Assembly: GCF_963921235.1 (NCBI RefSeq)
Contig: NC_086108.1
Coordinates: 38,318,001 to 38,382,000 of the forward strand
Length of the DNA stretch: 64,000 nt
Source of the DNA: Mobula hypostoma
Lineage: Eukaryota
Reading direction: 5' to 3'
Within the stretch, counting starts at the first letter, position 1. Each line of letters opens with the position of its first letter. The translations under genes were made by a program, and so were the position numbers. The notes under the pieces are model-generated. The model saw only the letters and a list, made by a program, of their open reading frames with translations. It was not told the origin of the DNA and did no database searches. Shown here piece after piece: positions 60,119-64,000 of this stretch.

Positions 60119-62193
60119 TGGTCTCAAGTAAAGTAACTTGCCCATGACTTTTCTCTTATTTACTGTGACCCAACAGATCATGAGTCTGGCTGCTAGAATA
60201 TCCTAACACAAAGGTTACACATAACTTCTCAGTTATCAATTCAAACACAATAATTATTCTTCAAGATTATTATCTGCTTTGCATGACTCCTTTACAAACT
60301 TCTGCAAGTATGAATCAATGATCAGATGAGCTTCAGGAATGTGGCAATTTCTGAGAGAGGATACAACTGTACAACTAAACATAATGCTAAAATATATGCT
60401 TTGCTCAGGATTTATCCATCAATCCTGACAGATGGAGATAAACAATAAGGGTAAAAGAAAAGCATAGAGTTAAATTAAATGTTTTTATTCCTGGGAAGTA
60501 TACCTGACATTAATTGTTCCCATCATGCTCTCCATCCCCTTGCTTTCAGCTTACATTGACCATTGATAATAAAATACATAACAAACTCCTTTACTCCATT
60601 CTGCAAATTATATTTTCTGCATTTTTAGCCTTTTACACAATATTCTTCTGAGTTCATTTTAGCAGTAGACTTAGAACTTGCAGCTCAACTCAAATCAGTT
60701 GGTGTGCTCGGGAGAAGGACCCTAACAACCTTCAAAGTCCTTCAGAGCCAGTCACTTACCAAGCAAAAAGGCATAGTGATTCATTGATCAACTGAGAGCT
60801 GATGTGCTACTGGCAGCTGGAGACTGAAGTCATTCTGGTAGTAAGAGTTGTCAGAGAGGAGACAACTTACAAATTTCACAGCTTGATGATTATTGGGAGT
60901 TCCACCTACACCAAGGTTCATCTGTCACCAGGCTGCCCTTTCAATGATATACTACTTTCACAGTGTAGTCACTGTTATATAGGAACTGCCAAGGCAGCCA
61001 ATTTTCACACCGTAAGATCTCAGCAAGGGAGAGAAATCTCAGTATTTAACTATCACAACACAACCGAGATTTTAGTCTGCTTTCAGTGAAGTTGTTTTAA
61101 GGATAAATATTAGATTAAGCACAAATAAAAACTCTACTGAGAAAATCAGGAGTCTCTTGAATTCTTACGTATCCAACAGAGAAGGAAGGTGGGACGTAGG
61201 CATGGCTTCTCTTCGGAACGTTGTCACTTCCACAATATAGCTCTCAATTCATTCTGTACCACGTTTACATGATTAATTTTTTGAAATGCAAACATCTTTT
61301 AATTCAGAGGTGGAAATGTTATTAACTATGTAATAGATAACACAATTAAAAACTCCGCAACTTTTGCCTATTGATCATCATTTTTTCAAAATGTTTATTT
61401 TTACCAATACATTAAATATTAGTAGACATATGCTGGAAATGTGAATAATCTCCTGAGTTATACTTCAATGTGACACTAACAAATGATTGTGACATTACCA
61501 GGACAATTATCTTAATATTATCTCATCCGTAAAATTCCCAGCTAGCACTTACTTAGTGGTTCAAAAAAGCAATACTATTATTCCCTGTTGAGGGGATGCT
61601 TACTGTTCCCAGTTTCCCTTCATGACATCTGCAACTACTAAGAAGCAGAAATGAGCATCAAAGCTGACTAATGATTAATAATCTCCTCTGCAAATAACAC
61701 AAACCCCACTGGGTTAGTTCTCTGAAAGCCTAATCAGATAATGGAAAAAGTGTACACAATGAGTGTGAATGAAGATTAGTACGTATTTTTAGCCTCTGCA
61801 GAGTAATATATCATAAAATAACAGCTACTGCTATTTTGATTAAATGTTTCTTAGAAATGCTAAGGAAATGTGTTAATAATGCACCTGGGAATGCTGGAGT
61901 TACCCCAAGCATATAAAAAAAATACTTTTAAATGTACAGAGTAGAGAACTTTGTTTGGAGACAAATCATATAATTCGGTTTTTATTACAAGAAAATGCTG
62001 TACTCAACTTTTCATCTCAAATAAATGATATTAATTTCTAAGGCATAGACTAAAATCTTGAAATATGTTGATATTTCCCAGGAAGAAAAACGTGGCAGAA
62101 AAGGAATAGTCAGTGCAAGGAAAGGGATTCAGTGAAAGGTTTTAGGCAAACACAGACAGATTGTGAAAGGCATCATACCATTGTCAGTCTTAC

Positions 62194-62199
62194 CGTTTT
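62194..62199 (-). other. Candidate 6-nt microexon of an unidentified minus-strand gene
   Basis: ccttctctccccattactgtttcttttcAG|AAAACG|GTaaga in non-repetitive sequence. Confidence 0.35.
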
Positions 62200-62479
62200 C
62201 TGAAAAGAAACAGTAATGGGGAGAGAAGGATAAATATGCATATAAATAATCGCCAGAGATAATATTGACTACTGTTTACAACATTTGAATCAGAATTCTG
62301 CAATGACACTATGTTAAATTAAACACTCACAAATTCAATACAAATGATTAGTAATCTGGAACTGATGAACTCGTAAATCAAAGTAATAACTGAATGGTCC
62401 TATTTGACATTCTAATTAAATGCTAAGAATAAAAACAATGACAAGATGTGCAGCTGCTCATGTGAACAAATGTTGCCAT

Positions 62480-62700
62480 TACTGGAAGTTCATCAGGTTG
62501 GAGGTTACCCAGACGGAATACAAGGTGTTGCTCCTCCAACCTGAGTGTGGCCTCATTGCAACAGTAGAGGAGGCCATGGATAGACATGTCGGAATGGGAC
62601 TGTGAAATGGAATTAAAATGGGTGGCCACTGGGTCATCCTGCTTTTATTCCAAAAACATCATCTGGCCTGCTGAGTTCCTCCAGCATTTCATGTGTGCTG
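62480..62700 (-). mobile_element. PLE GIY-YIG fragment
   Basis: ATHFNSISQSHSDMSIHGLLYCCNEATLRLEEQHLVFRLGNLQPD. Confidence 0.75.
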
Positions 62701-63059
62701 CCATATGAAAGTTACAGACCATGATCTTAGGGTGTCCCTAAAATTTTACAGCCAAATAAGTGTTTTGGATACTTTATCACATTTGTAATGTAAGAATCAC
62801 AGAGGCCAATTGGTATACAGCAAACTCCCACTAACAGCAGTGATAAGTTAATAACCAGATAATCTACTTAAATGATGTTAAGTAAGGGATAGATATTAGT
62901 CTCATAACTGAATGTTCCCTATGCTCCTTGTGAAATAGTACTATGGGATCTTTTATCATCCATTTGACAAAATGGATGAAGCCCGGGTTTAATGGTTGAA
63001 CTGAAAGATAGTTCCTCCAGGAATGCACCAAATCTTCAGTACTGCACTGGTGTCAACAT

Positions 63060-63630
63060 TCATAGAGTCTACAGCACAAAAACAGGCCACTTGGGCCAAG
63101 TCATCTATACCACTCTGATATTCTGCCTACTGCCATCTACCTACAACCAGACCATATCCTTCCAAACCCCTCTCATCCATGTACCTATCCAAACTTCTTT
63201 TAAATGTTACAATGGAACCCTCATTCACCACCTCCATTGGCAGTTCCTTCCATGATCACACTGCTGTCTGAGTGACACTGTTTCCCCTCAGATTCCCCTT
63301 GAATATTTCACCTTTCACCCGAAACCCATGACCTCCAGTTCTAGTCTCACACCACCAGAGGCGAAAAGCCTGTTTGCATTCACCCTATCTATACTGCTCA
63401 AGATTCTACATACCTCTATAAAATTTCCCCTCATTCTCCTACACCCCAAGGAAAAAAGACCTAACCTATTCAACTTTTCACTATAATTCAGGTCATCAAG
63501 TTCTAGCAACATCTGTGTCAATTCTCCCTGTATTCTTTCAAGCTTATTAATGTCTTTCTTGTATGTAGGTGACCAGAAATGCACACAGTGTCACCAATGT
63601 CCTGTGCAATTTCAACAAAATATCCCAATT
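63060..63630 (-). mobile_element. CR1 3' fragment
   Basis: FWSPTYKKDINKLERIQ...LGLFSLGCRRMRG. Confidence 0.8.
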
Positions 63631-64000
63631 CCTGTACTCAATGCTCTGGGAAGATTCAGTGTGATGCCCAGTTAAGAAAAATACTATGGTGGCAGAAAAC
63701 TTACCCCCACCACCCCCACCCCTCAACATATTCCAAGGGATTTGGAAGCATAAATGAAAACAGAAATTACATTCTGCCATTTTCTATACACATGAGCAAA
63801 AAACATTGAGTGACAACAGGCACAAACACATAATTACCAGAGTACCAATCCTATCTGCATAAATTTTTGCCAGTTCTATTCTGTTCCCTAACAGGTTCCA
63901 AATTACAGTTAATTCAAATTGAAATGTTAATTTTACTTATCTTTCTGCAAATGCTGCTTAAACCTGATGCCCATTTTTGCCATTTGCCATTTTTTAATTC

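Noticed and set aside
60760..60834. 75-nt internal coding exon on the minus strand
   Set aside because: Good splice signals but stops in all three frames; at most non-coding or 5' UTR

Overview
Repeat-dominated vertebrate genomic DNA. The repeat families (CR1/HER1-like LINEs, HE1/V-SINEs, Rex1-like LINEs, Penelope-like elements) suggest a cartilaginous fish, probably a ray; this is an inference. No host protein-coding gene can be identified, and only isolated minus-strand splice-site candidates are seen, including a possible 6-nt microexon at 62194-62199. Main contents: (i) many Penelope-like (PLE) fragments carrying minimal hammerhead ribozymes, two of them inverted-repeat insertions with 13-15 bp TSDs; (ii) head-to-tail non-autonomous Helitron arrays at 5.6-11.1 kb, one copy keeping a Pif1-helicase C-terminus split by a tRNA-SINE; (iii) a ~17 kb nest at 11.5-28.4 kb, in which a BEL/Pao element contains a CR1 that in turn contains a Gypsy, a Rex fragment, non-autonomous elements, a hAT element and a full-length CR1; (iv) a HERO-like RLE retrotransposon interrupted by a tandem-repeat-expanded solo LTR and by a structurally complete Gypsy (34744-39202). 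That Gypsy has no tRNA primer-binding site; it has instead a 15-nt exact complement of the poly(A)-signal region of its own LTR, suggesting self-priming, plus a YLDN RT motif. All calls come from reading the sequence; no searches were run and family names are best judgements.
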